A DNA stretch of 64,000 bases from an uncultured Lachnospiraceae bacterium (GCA_964584475.1 CAZPAF010000005.1:13998-77997); one strand, 5' to 3'; counted from the first letter of the stretch, positions 1 through 8,058 are shown. Translations and numbers: made by a program. The notes: generated from the sequence alone by a model not told the origin.

Positions 1-1
1 G

Positions 2-520
2 GTCAGTGAGAGTAATCACAGTAATGATGTCAGGAATTTCTTCCTCAGGTGTTTCAGTGGTAGCATCAGATTCATCATCATCGCTAACATCGGATCCGCC
101 ATCAAGCTCTTCGCTTGTGCTTGCAGCAATTTCCTTGCTGGTGTCATTGGCATCTACTTGATTGCCAGGGGTTTGGATTGCATCAGGAGCAGTTGCATCC
201 TTCGCATCGTTGCCTTTGGCAGGATCAGTGTTGCCGTCTTCAGGTGTGTCGGTTTTTTCTTCGTCTTTCTTCTTGGGCTCCAAATCTCCAATCAACTCGG
301 AAATTGCGTCTTCGATTTCTTTGGGAGTGACACAATCATCGAGTCCGAAAAGATAATTTTCAAGAGCGCTGTACACGGAACCTTCGTCGCATGTGCTAAC
401 TGCGCCCCAGAGCAGAAGAGGAAAATTAACCGAAGTAAACTTCCGATTTTGCATTTCTTCCAGAATGTCTTTGAACATTTCAGTGGAAGCAGCTGATAAC
501 TTTTGCTCAAAATTTGCCAT
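2..520 (-). CDS. Partial CDS (3' end leaves the window): acidic low-complexity hypothetical protein; first ~75 aa weakly resemble a Clp_N-type repeat
   Basis: Absent from the ORF track because it is open at the window edge. Hand translation from ATG (minus, 520-518), 8 nt after AAGGAGG (revcomp of 529-535): MANFEQKLSAASTEMFKDILEEMQNRKFTSVNFPLLLWGAVSTCDEGSVYSALENYLFGLDDCVTPKEIEDAISELIGDLEPKKKDEEKTDTPEDG... No stop down to position 2. GC visibly higher than the host background. Confidence 0.55.
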   Translation of the reverse strand, partial: MANFEQKLSAASTEMFKDILEEMQNRKFTSVNFPLLLWGAVSTCDEGSVYSALENYLFGLDDCVTPKEIEDAISELIGDLEPKKKDEEKTDTPEDGNTDPAKGNDAKDATAPDAIQTPGNQVDANDTSKEIAASTSEELDGGSDVSDDDESDATTETPEEEIPDIITVITLTD

Positions 521-639
521 AAGAATCGCCTCCTTAAGTGCCTACAATATAGGTTTTTTTGACTTTTATATTATAATACGGTAGAAACATTATGTCAATC
601 TATAAAGCTAAAAAAACTCAACATTTCAAGTATCTTTTA

Positions 640-668
640 TTGATTTTTAGATATATTTATAATATAAT
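640..668 (+). promoter_or_regulatory. Sigma-A-type promoter candidate (TTGATT-17 nt-TATAAT) for the CorC-family gene
   Basis: TTGATT at 640-645, 17-nt spacer, TATAAT at 663-668, about 40 nt upstream of the GGAGG/ATG at 692/709. Confidence 0.4.
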
Positions 669-708
669 GCCAGTGAAATATAGAAAACATCGGAGGAACA
701 TTTATAAA

Positions 709-2046
709 ATGTCAGAATTAGTTTTATTATTTATATTAATTTTAGCTAATGCATATTTTGCTGCAGCTGAAATAGCATTTATTTCTTTAAATGATGCAAA
801 ACTTGATTTGCAAGTTAAAGAAGGAAATAAAAAAGCAAAATCAATTAAAAAAATATTAGATAATCCAAGTAAATTTTTAGCTACAATTCAAATAGGAATT
901 ACTTTAGCTGGATTTTTATCAAGTGCTTTTGCTTCAGAAGCTTTTGCAAGTGAGCTCGCTCCAATATTACATGGATGGATTCCTTATTTAAGTTTAGAAT
1001 CTTGGAATAGTATTTCAATTGTTTTAATAACAATTGTACTTTCTTATTTTACATTAATACTTGGAGAACTTGTTCCAAAAAGAATAGCTATGAAATATTA
1101 TGAAAAAATAGCTTTTGGAACAGTAGGGGTAATAAAAACAATAGCAACTTTTACAGCTCCATTTGTTAAATTATTAACATTTTCAACAAATGTAGTATCA
1201 AAATTATTTGGTGTTTCTGAAACAGAAGAAGAGACTGTAACAGAAGAAGAAATAAGAATGATGGTTGATGTTGGTGAAGAAAAAGGAATTATAGAAAAAG
1301 AAGAAAGAGAAATGATAAATAATGTTTTTGAATTTAATGATACAGTAGTATCTGAAATAATGGTTCCAAGAACAGAAATTTATGCAGTAGATATGAATTT
1401 ATCAATTTCAAAAGTTATAGAAGATATAACAAAAGATGATGAATTTAGATATAGTAGAATTCCAGTTTATGATGAAAACATAGATGAAATAAAAGGTGTT
1501 GTATACATTAAAGATATTTTACTATCAACAAAAAATAAAAATGTTAAAATTAAAAATTTAGTAAAAGATGCATATTATGTTCCAGAAACAAAACCAGTAA
1601 ATGAACTTTTTGAAGAATTAAGAAAAAATAGATTACAAATTGCTATAGTTGTAGACGAATATGGTGGAACAGCAGGTGTTGTTACAATGGAAGATATTCT
1701 AGAAGAAATAGTTGGCGAAATCTATGATGAATATGATGAAGTAAAAATGGTTTATGAAAAAATAGATGAAAATACTTATATTTTAAATGGTAGTATGTCT
1801 GTTTCGGAAGTTGAAAAAGTATTAGATGTTTCAATTCCAGAAGGAGACTATGATACTATTTCAGGATATTTAGTAGAAGAACTTGGAAGAATACCAAGTG
1901 AAAAAGAAAAACCTGTTATAGAAACACCAACAGTAATATACAAAGTAGAAAAAACAAAGGACATGAGAATAACTAAAATAAAAGCTTGTAAAGTTGAAAT
2001 TTTACCAGATGAAGACGAAGAATCAGAAAGCGAAGATGAAGAATAA
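709..2046 (+). CDS. HlyC/CorC (CNNM) family transporter: DUF21 membrane domain, CBS pair and CorC_HlyC C-terminal domain
   Basis: Track ORF is 592-2046. The likely start is ATG 709 (MSELVLLFILILANAYFAAAEIAF...) after GGAGG at 692-696. Typical DUF21 N-terminus, CBS region (VVSEIMVPRTEIY..., RIPVYDENIDEIKGVVYIKD) and C-terminal transporter-associated domain (YILNGSMSVSEVEK...ISGYLVEELGRIP). Confidence 0.85.
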   Translation: MSELVLLFILILANAYFAAAEIAFISLNDAKLDLQVKEGNKKAKSIKKILDNPSKFLATIQIGITLAGFLSSAFASEAFASELAPILHGWIPYLSLESWNSISIVLITIVLSYFTLILGELVPKRIAMKYYEKIAFGTVGVIKTIATFTAPFVKLLTFSTNVVSKLFGVSETEEETVTEEEIRMMVDVGEEKGIIEKEEREMINNVFEFNDTVVSEIMVPRTEIYAVDMNLSISKVIEDITKDDEFRYSRIPVYDENIDEIKGVVYIKDILLSTKNKNVKIKNLVKDAYYVPETKPVNELFEELRKNRLQIAIVVDEYGGTAGVVTMEDILEEIVGEIYDEYDEVKMVYEKIDENTYILNGSMSVSEVEKVLDVSIPEGDYDTISGYLVEELGRIPSEKEKPVIETPTVIYKVEKTKDMRITKIKACKVEILPDEDEESESEDEE

Positions 2047-2058
2047 GTTTGAAATTGT

Positions 2059-2087
2059 TTGACAAATTATATTTTCGCGAATATAAT
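2059..2087 (+). promoter_or_regulatory. Sigma-A-type promoter (TTGACA-17 nt-TATAAT) driving the cysK leader
   Basis: TTGACA 2059-2064, 17-nt spacer, TATAAT 2082-2087. It lies about 280 nt upstream of cysK. Confidence 0.55.
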
Positions 2088-2120
2088 ATATAAAACTAAA
2101 TTGAAAGGAAATATGTAAAT

Positions 2121-2159
2121 ATGAATAAAAATATAATCATGAATTGTTGTTGTATGTAA
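2121..2159 (+). CDS. Candidate leader peptide MNKNIIMNCCCM (three consecutive Cys codons) in the cysK 5' leader
   Basis: ATG 2121 ... TGT TGT TGT (2145-2153) ATG TAA (2157-2159). Weak SD GAAAGGA at 2103-2109. Located between the promoter and a strong terminator upstream of cysteine synthase. Confidence 0.35.
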   Translation: MNKNIIMNCCCM

Positions 2160-2301
2160 GAACATTCGTATCTGTTGTAGATATGAGTGTTAGTCTCGCA
2201 TACCTACAATAGTGATTATATTTTAAATATTTATGTATAAAAATATATTTGTGGCTAAATAAATAGTCACAAGAGTTTATAATACAAATAAATGTAAAAT
2301 G

Positions 2302-2345
2302 AAAACTAGTAGGAAATGCGGATTTCTTACTAGTTTTTTATTTTA
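2302..2345 (+). terminator. Intrinsic terminator inside the cysK leader (attenuator element)
   Basis: Arms ACTAGTAGGAAAT (2305-2317) and ATTTCTTACTAGT (2322-2334) pair over 13 bp with one G-U. Loop is GCGG and a T-run follows. It ends about 6 nt before the cysK SD AAGGAGG (2351-2357). Confidence 0.65.
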
Positions 2346-2365
2346 TTTTTAAGGAGGAAAATTTT

Positions 2366-3337
2366 ATGTTAAAGAAATTAAATACAATTGGTAATACACC
2401 AATGATAAAAATAAACTATGAATATAAAGGAGATAAATCTTATATTTATACTAAGCTAGAATACTACAATTTAAGTGGAAGCATAAAAGATAGAGTTGCA
2501 TACTACATTATAAAAAATGCAAAAGAAAGAGGAGATTTAAAAGGAAATCAAACGATTGTAGAAGCAACAAGTGGTAATACAGGAATAGCACTAGCAGCAC
2601 TTGGAAGTTATTACAAACATCCAGTAGTTATATTTATGCCAGACTGGGCAAGCATAGAAAGAATTAAGCTAATGAAAGGATATGGAGCAAAAGTAATATT
2701 ATTTTCAAAAGAAGATGGTGGCTTTATTAGATGCGTTGAAGAAGCTAAAAAATATGCCAAAGAAAATAATGCATTTTTAGCAAACCAATTTGCAAATGAA
2801 GATAATTTTAAAGCTCATTTTGAAACAACAGGAGAAGAAATTATAAGACAGTTACCTGAAAATGTAGGTGGATTTATATCTGGAGTAGGAACAGGTGGAA
2901 CTTTAATGGGAACAGGAAAGAGATTAAAAAATGAATATGAAGACTTTAAAATAATAGCAATAGAACCAGATAAAATGCCTTTAATATCAAAAGGAGAAAT
3001 TATCAGTAATCATAAAATAGAAGGAATAGGTGATGACTTTATTCCAGATTTAGTGGATAAAAATGCAATAGATGATATTATTTTAGTAAATGATGATGAT
3101 GCAGTTAATATGGCAAGAAGGTTAGCAAAAGAATTAGGATTAGGAGTTGGAATTTCTTCTGGTGCAAATTTTATTGGAAGTGTTTTATCTAATGAAAAAT
3201 TAAATAAATCTATAGTTACAGTTTTTGCGGATGATAATAAAAAATATTTAACAACAGATCTATCAAAAGAAATTGATAAGAATGAAGAATTTATATCTAA
3301 TAAAATAAAATTGATTGGATATGAAATTGTTGATTAA
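2366..3337 (+). CDS. cysK: Cysteine synthase A (O-acetylserine sulfhydrylase), PLP-dependent
   Basis: GSIKDR (PLP lysine), SGNTGIALA, GTGGTLMG, and SSGANF near the C-terminus. 323 aa with a strong SD. Confidence 0.9.
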   Translation: MLKKLNTIGNTPMIKINYEYKGDKSYIYTKLEYYNLSGSIKDRVAYYIIKNAKERGDLKGNQTIVEATSGNTGIALAALGSYYKHPVVIFMPDWASIERIKLMKGYGAKVILFSKEDGGFIRCVEEAKKYAKENNAFLANQFANEDNFKAHFETTGEEIIRQLPENVGGFISGVGTGGTLMGTGKRLKNEYEDFKIIAIEPDKMPLISKGEIISNHKIEGIGDDFIPDLVDKNAIDDIILVNDDDAVNMARRLAKELGLGVGISSGANFIGSVLSNEKLNKSIVTVFADDNKKYLTTDLSKEIDKNEEFISNKIKLIGYEIVD

Positions 3338-3446
3338 TTGTTTTTTTTGTGCGAATATGTAAAGTCTTGAAAATACTGAAAAAATAATAAATGTTAATTA
3401 GAAGTGACAAATTTATAAGTTAAATTGGTAGATTTAATTGACAAGA

Positions 3447-3480
3447 AAATGTATAATTTTTATATAAAAGGTACCTAAAA
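3447..3480 (+). promoter_or_regulatory. Conserved upstream block with the 8-bp palindrome AGGTACCT; putative promoter/operator of XRE paralog 1
   Basis: AAAATGTATAATTTTTATATAAAAGGTACCTAAAA. An almost identical block lies upstream of the paralog at 4646-4680. Palindrome at 3469-3476. Confidence 0.4.
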
Positions 3481-3528
3481 ATTTTTTAATTTTATTATAT
3501 ATTTGATAAAGTTAGAAAGGAGCAAATG

Positions 3529-4500
3529 ATGAAACTAGGTGAAAAGATATTAACTTATAGAAAGAAGTTAGGACTATCTCAAGAACAACTTGGAGAAAAA
3601 GTAGGAGTTTCAAGACAAACAGTTTCAAAGTGGGAAATTGGTCAAACAATTCCAGAACTTGAAAAAATGATATTACTGGCAAAGACTTTTGAAACAACAA
3701 TAGATGAACTTGTAAAAGATGAAAACGAAATTGTGGAAAATGAAGAGAGAGAAAAAGTAGAAAAGTCAAAAAATAATAAAATTATTAAATTGTTTAATTT
3801 TATTTTAATAATTACCATAGCAGTAGTAGGAATAATATTTGCTGTGATTTTGTATAGATATTTAATGATATGTGGTTTAAAAAATAAATTTGAAGGTGCA
3901 GGTAAGGAGCCGATAGATGAAAACGGAATAAGTTTTTCTATGGAAAATTATAGAATTAGAGAAAATATATCCAGAATAGAATATAATGCATATACAGACA
4001 AAAAAGAAATAACTTATTATAATTTGAAAAATAAGTATAAAAAAATATATGGAAATTATTATGAACCAGACAGAATTGAATATGCAGATTATGATACTAA
4101 TGAATATTACGATATAGATTGTATAAATAAGACTTATAAAAAAACAAATGCATATGATTTACCAGTAGATATTCAAGAAGGATTAACAGGTAAAGATTGG
4201 ATGATAAATGTTGAAATTTTAGCTAATTTTGATTTATCGTCTAGTGGTAAATGGAAAATAGCGACAAACTTTGATTATAATATTAAAATAATTAATGATG
4301 AATATCATATAGATAATTATAAATATTATGAGGACTTTATTTCTTTTAATGTTAGCAAATGGAGAGTTAATTTTAGCAAATATGAGTATGAAGATAAAGT
4401 AAATGCTATAAATTCTGATTACACTATCGATTACGGCGTAGTAGATGAAAATTTAGTTAAACTTCCAGATTTAACAGAGTATACTGAAATTCAAAATTAA
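3529..4500 (+). CDS. Membrane-anchored XRE-family HTH regulator (N-terminal HTH_3, one TM helix, about 200-aa extracytoplasmic Tyr/Asn-rich domain)
   Basis: LGLSQEQLGEKVGVSRQTVSKWEIGQTIPELEKMILLAKTFETTIDELV, then the TM segment IIKLFNFILIITIAVVGIIFAVILY. Two adjacent ATGs (3526, 3529); 3529 has the better SD spacing (AAGGAG 3517-3522). Confidence 0.8.
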   Translation: MKLGEKILTYRKKLGLSQEQLGEKVGVSRQTVSKWEIGQTIPELEKMILLAKTFETTIDELVKDENEIVENEEREKVEKSKNNKIIKLFNFILIITIAVVGIIFAVILYRYLMICGLKNKFEGAGKEPIDENGISFSMENYRIRENISRIEYNAYTDKKEITYYNLKNKYKKIYGNYYEPDRIEYADYDTNEYYDIDCINKTYKKTNAYDLPVDIQEGLTGKDWMINVEILANFDLSSSGKWKIATNFDYNIKIINDEYHIDNYKYYEDFISFNVSKWRVNFSKYEYEDKVNAINSDYTIDYGVVDENLVKLPDLTEYTEIQN

Positions 4501-4510
4501 ATAAAATAGA

Positions 4511-4550
4511 AAACACATCTTAAAATAAATAATCTAAGATGTGTTTTTTT
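4511..4550 (+). terminator. Intrinsic terminator
   Basis: AAACACATCTTA (4511-4522) pairs with TAAGATGTGTTT (4535-4546), followed by a T-run. Confidence 0.7.
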
Positions 4551-4645
4551 AATCCCTGAAATAATTGAAATACAAGGATTTTTAAAAGATGTTAATTTTT
4601 GTTGACAGATTTATAATGAAAATTGATAGTCAAAATTAAAGAATA

Positions 4646-4680
4646 AATGTTATAATTTTTATATAAGAGGTACCCATAAA
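4646..4680 (+). promoter_or_regulatory. Second copy of the conserved upstream block (GGTACC core); putative promoter/operator of XRE paralog 2
   Basis: AAATGTTATAATTTTTATATAAGAGGTACCCATAAA. GGTACC at 4669-4674. Compare with 3447-3480. Confidence 0.4.
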
Positions 4681-4733
4681 GCTTATTTTAAATTTACTAT
4701 AAAAAAGTAGATTTAAAAAGAAGGGAGCAAAAG

Positions 4734-5774
4734 ATGAAATTTAATGAAAGAATATTAGATTTGAGAAAGAAAAAAGGTTGGTCTCAAGAGGAACTTGGAG
4801 AAAAAGTAGGAGTTTCAAGACAAACAGTTTCAAAGTGGGAAAATGGTCAAACAACTCCAGAACTAGAAAAATTAAGAAACTTAGCTAAAATATTTGAAAT
4901 TTCTGTGGATGACTTGATAAGTGAAGATATTGAAATTAATACAGATAATAAACAAGAACAAAATGATAATAAAATTCAAAAAAAGAAAAAAAGTAAAATT
5001 GCAAAAATTCTTTTATATTTTTTTGTAGTTGCCATATTGTTTTATTTTACTTTAGTTATATATAGATATAATATCATAACCAAAATTAGAGATTGCTTTT
5101 GGGATATTCATATGGAAACAAGTAGTCATGGGTATTATATGGAAAAAAGAACTTTCGGGACGAAGTTTAATAGTGGAATACCAATGACAAAAGAAGAACA
5201 TTATTATTATATTGATTGGTTTGATAAAGATGTTTCAGAAGAGAATGAAATTGCAAGAGTAAAAATAAAAAAATATAATGATAGTTTATATGGAGATAAT
5301 CTTTTAGAACCTTGTAAAACAGTTTATATAGATAATATTTGGCTTAGTTCTGATGAACACTGTGAAACAATAGAATTTGACGAAATAAACAAAACTTATA
5401 AAAAAATAGAAAATTACCAATATTTGTCATACTTTTTTATAATAAAGACTGAATTTGAAAGTTTTTTCAATATTATAAATGCTCAATATAGTTGGATAAA
5501 TGATTTAAAATATGCAATGGATTTTAATATAAATATTGCTAAAACAGATGAAGGATATTATATGAGCAATGAAAAAGAGAATGAACCAAAGCAAGAGAAT
5601 CATTGTTATATACAAATATCTAATGAAAGAATTATATTTGAAAAAGTGTTATATGATGAAGAAATGAAAGCTAATTATTCTGGTACAAGATATAAATTAT
5701 GTTTAGGAACAACTGATAAAGAAGATGTTGCTTTTCCAAATATGGAAGAATATACAGAAATAGTAGAAGAATAA
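4734..5774 (+). CDS. Membrane-anchored XRE-family HTH regulator, tandem paralog of 3529-4500
   Basis: KGWSQEELGEKVGVSRQTVSKWENGQTTPELEKLRNLAKIFEISVDDLI, then the TM segment IAKILLYFFVVAILFYFTLVIY. Same architecture as its neighbour and the same C-terminal ending (...EYTEI). Confidence 0.8.
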   Translation: MKFNERILDLRKKKGWSQEELGEKVGVSRQTVSKWENGQTTPELEKLRNLAKIFEISVDDLISEDIEINTDNKQEQNDNKIQKKKKSKIAKILLYFFVVAILFYFTLVIYRYNIITKIRDCFWDIHMETSSHGYYMEKRTFGTKFNSGIPMTKEEHYYYIDWFDKDVSEENEIARVKIKKYNDSLYGDNLLEPCKTVYIDNIWLSSDEHCETIEFDEINKTYKKIENYQYLSYFFIIKTEFESFFNIINAQYSWINDLKYAMDFNINIAKTDEGYYMSNEKENEPKQENHCYIQISNERIIFEKVLYDEEMKANYSGTRYKLCLGTTDKEDVAFPNMEEYTEIVEE

Positions 5775-5797
5775 GTTTAAACCAAAATTCAAAAAAC

Positions 5798-5831
5798 TAA
5801 AAAAAGAGGGCTGGATTTCCAGCCCTTTTTC
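5798..5831. terminator. Bidirectional intrinsic terminator between the convergent XRE paralog 2 and cotJC
   Basis: GGGCTGGA (5808-5815) pairs with TCCAGCCC (5818-5825), flanked by an A-run and a T-run. Confidence 0.75.
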
Positions 5832-5851
5832 CATTTTTATAAGATAATAAA

Positions 5852-6472
5852 TTAATTGTTACATCCACAACTATTGTTATTATTATTTCCACCAGTTAAA
5901 TAAAGATTTCTTTGATAAAGTTTTTCTTGAACTCCATTTAAAGCTTCTCCAAATCTTTGGAAGTGAACAACTTCACGTTCTCTTAAATATCTTAAAACAT
6001 CAACAACATCTCTATCATCTTTGCAAAGATCTATTAATTTTTCGTAAGTTGCACGAGCTTTTTGTTCTGCAGCTAAGTCTTCTGTTAAATCAGCTATAGG
6101 ATCACCTTTAACAGCTATACTTGCTGCTGTATTTGGAAATCCTGCAGCTGCTTGAGGATAAACACCCCAACCATGGTCTGTATAATAAGCACCAAGTCCA
6201 GCAGCTTCCATTTCTTCAGGAGATGCACCATCTGTTAATTGATGAACCAAAGTACCAACCATCTCTAAGTGGGCTAATTCTTCAGTACCAACATCATTTA
6301 ATATTGCTTTTGATTTTTTATCTGGCATTCCAAATCTTTGAGATAAATATCTAAGAGAAGCACCAAGTTCTCCATCAGGACCACCGTATTGTGAAATTAT
6401 AACTTTTGCAAGTTTTGGATTTCTATTTCTTATATTTATCGGATATTGTAAACTTTTAACATAATAATACAT
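5852..6472 (-). CDS. cotJC: Spore coat protein CotJC (manganese-catalase-like ferritin fold)
   Basis: MYYYVKSLQYPINIRNRNPKLAKVIISQYGGPDGELGASLRYLSQRF...GTEELAHLEMVGT...AAEQKARATYE...LREREVVHFQRF matches the B. subtilis CotJC pattern. Start trimmed to the ATG at 6472 (track 6511). Unusual C-terminal tail GGNNNNNSCGCNN. Confidence 0.9.
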   Translation of the reverse strand: MYYYVKSLQYPINIRNRNPKLAKVIISQYGGPDGELGASLRYLSQRFGMPDKKSKAILNDVGTEELAHLEMVGTLVHQLTDGASPEEMEAAGLGAYYTDHGWGVYPQAAAGFPNTAASIAVKGDPIADLTEDLAAEQKARATYEKLIDLCKDDRDVVDVLRYLREREVVHFQRFGEALNGVQEKLYQRNLYLTGGNNNNNSCGCNN

Positions 6473-6473
6473 A

Positions 6474-6839
<366 letters not shown>

Positions 6840-6841
6840 AT

Positions 6842-7162
6842 TTACATACCTCCATTTCTTAAATATTCTATAAAGTCAATTGATTGACCAGGAGAGTAAG
6901 GGTTTACAAGTTCTGGAAAAATTGTTCCGTTTTCTAAACCACATTCTGGAGTAAAAGTTCTACCCATACAAAAATTAGGAGTATAAGCATACCCATATAA
7001 GTAATTTTCTGGGAATGCATTATTGTTTGAAGATGTTTCGTTTGCATACATATTACAAGGACAAGAATTTGTATTGTTTGTATTACAATTTCTACATCTA
7101 CAATTATTATTTGAATTGCAATTCATACATCTTGAATTGCATCTTGAGTTACATCTACGCAT
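6842..7162 (-). CDS. cotJA: Spore coat-associated protein CotJA with a Cys/Asn/Arg-rich N-terminal extension
   Basis: It is the first gene of the cotJ order, and its C-terminal half (YGYAYTPNFCMGRTFTPECGLENGTIFPELVNPY) is CotJA-like. N-terminus is MRRCNSRCNSRCMNCNSNNNCRCRNCNTNNTNSCPC. SD AAGGAGG upstream. Confidence 0.7.
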   Translation of the reverse strand: MRRCNSRCNSRCMNCNSNNNCRCRNCNTNNTNSCPCNMYANETSSNNNAFPENYLYGYAYTPNFCMGRTFTPECGLENGTIFPELVNPYSPGQSIDFIEYLRNGGM

Positions 7163-7240
7163 AAAAACCTCCTTAAAAAAGTTTTATACTATAGAATATG
7201 AAAAAATATCGAAAAGTTTACATAAGGGGGAATACATATA

Positions 7241-7271
7241 AAAATAAAAAACGTCAGCTAAATTGCTGACG
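7241..7271 (-). terminator. Intrinsic terminator of the TetR gene (minus strand)
   Basis: CGTCAGC (7252-7258) pairs with GCTGACG (7265-7271). The A-run at 7241-7251 is a T-run on the minus strand. Confidence 0.55.
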
Positions 7272-7289
7272 CTTATATTTATGAATAAA

Positions 7290-7892
7290 TTATTTTAATA
7301 AATTAATTATAGAGTTAATTACAATATCTTTCATTGCTTCATAATCCATATTTTTGTGTTTATGATATACAATTTCATGACATAAGTTATCTATCATTGA
7401 TACAATTAAATGTGCTTTTTCATTTATATTATCTGTTTTTATATTATTATTTTCTAAAACTTCTATTAATCTATGAGTAGCTTCAATTTCTTGATTAAAG
7501 AAAATCTCTGCAATTTCTGGATCTGAGTGTTGAAGAGCATAAATTTCTTCGTGAGCAGCCTCTGAAATTTTATGATTCTTAACAGAAGTTTTTATAACAT
7601 TATTTAATTCGTTTTCTAAATCAAAATTTTTTGTGTTTTTTGACAAAGCTTCATTGATAGGGAACAATAAACTTTTTGAATATTGTTCAATTCCTTGAAG
7701 GAAAATATCACGTTTGTCATTAAAATATTGATAAATGATACCAGTAGAAACACCAGCAGCTTTTGCTATTTCTGCTGTATTAGTGTTGTGATATCCTTTT
7801 TCACAAATTAATTCAAAACCATATTTTATAATATTTTGTTTTTTCTCTATTGAACGTTTTTGAGTTGGTTGTCTAATTTCTTGATTTCCCAT
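7290..7892 (-). CDS. TetR/AcrR-family transcriptional regulator, divergent from feoAB
   Basis: The real start is ATG 7892 (MGNQEIRQPTQKRSIEKKQNIIKYGFELICEKGYHNTNTAEIAKAAGVSTGIIYQYF...). The track ORF extends to 8114 through the feoA promoter and gene, so that extension is discarded. Confidence 0.85.
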   Translation of the reverse strand: MGNQEIRQPTQKRSIEKKQNIIKYGFELICEKGYHNTNTAEIAKAAGVSTGIIYQYFNDKRDIFLQGIEQYSKSLLFPINEALSKNTKNFDLENELNNVIKTSVKNHKISEAAHEEIYALQHSDPEIAEIFFNQEIEATHRLIEVLENNNIKTDNINEKAHLIVSMIDNLCHEIVYHKHKNMDYEAMKDIVINSIINLLK

Positions 7893-7960
7893 AAGAACTC
7901 CTTTTTTATATAAATGTATCATATAGAGTATAAAAGATTTTTTGAAAAAAGTCAAACTAA

Positions 7961-7980
7961 ATATGAAAAAAAATTCATAT
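7961..7980. promoter_or_regulatory. Inverted repeat ATATGAA-N6-TTCATAT abutting the feoA -35 box; candidate operator
   Basis: ATATGAA 7961-7967 and TTCATAT 7974-7980 sit in the tetR-feoA divergent intergenic region, immediately upstream of TTGACA at 7986. Confidence 0.3.
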
Positions 7981-7985
7981 TTATA

Positions 7986-8014
7986 TTGACAATTTTTTTT
8001 TGAAATATTATAAT
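7986..8014 (+). promoter_or_regulatory. Sigma-A-type promoter of feoAB (TTGACA-17 nt-TATAAT)
   Basis: TTGACA 7986-7991, 17-nt spacer, TATAAT 8009-8014. Confidence 0.55.
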
Positions 8015-8058
8015 CATTTTGAAAAGTGAAACAAATTTCATATTTGGAGGTGCAAAAA

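Noticed and set aside
592-708. Upstream extension of the CorC-family ORF (track start 592)
   Set aside because: The extension is Lys/Tyr/Ile-rich junk that overlaps a TTGATT-17-TATAAT promoter. The GGAGG and ATG at 709 give the typical DUF21 N-terminus.
2088-2365. A T-box riboswitch upstream of cysK, the usual arrangement in low-GC Firmicutes
   Set aside because: I could not find the conserved T-box sequence (…GGGUGGNACCGCG…) or a specifier-loop arrangement by eye. The leader is too short and too AT-rich. This should still be confirmed with Infernal/Rfam.
7163-7250. A sporulation-sigma promoter for cotJ (a CATATTCTA-like -10 element on the minus strand)
   Set aside because: The match to SigE/SigK consensus elements is partial, and the region is so AT-rich that chance matches are likely. 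It is not reported as a feature.
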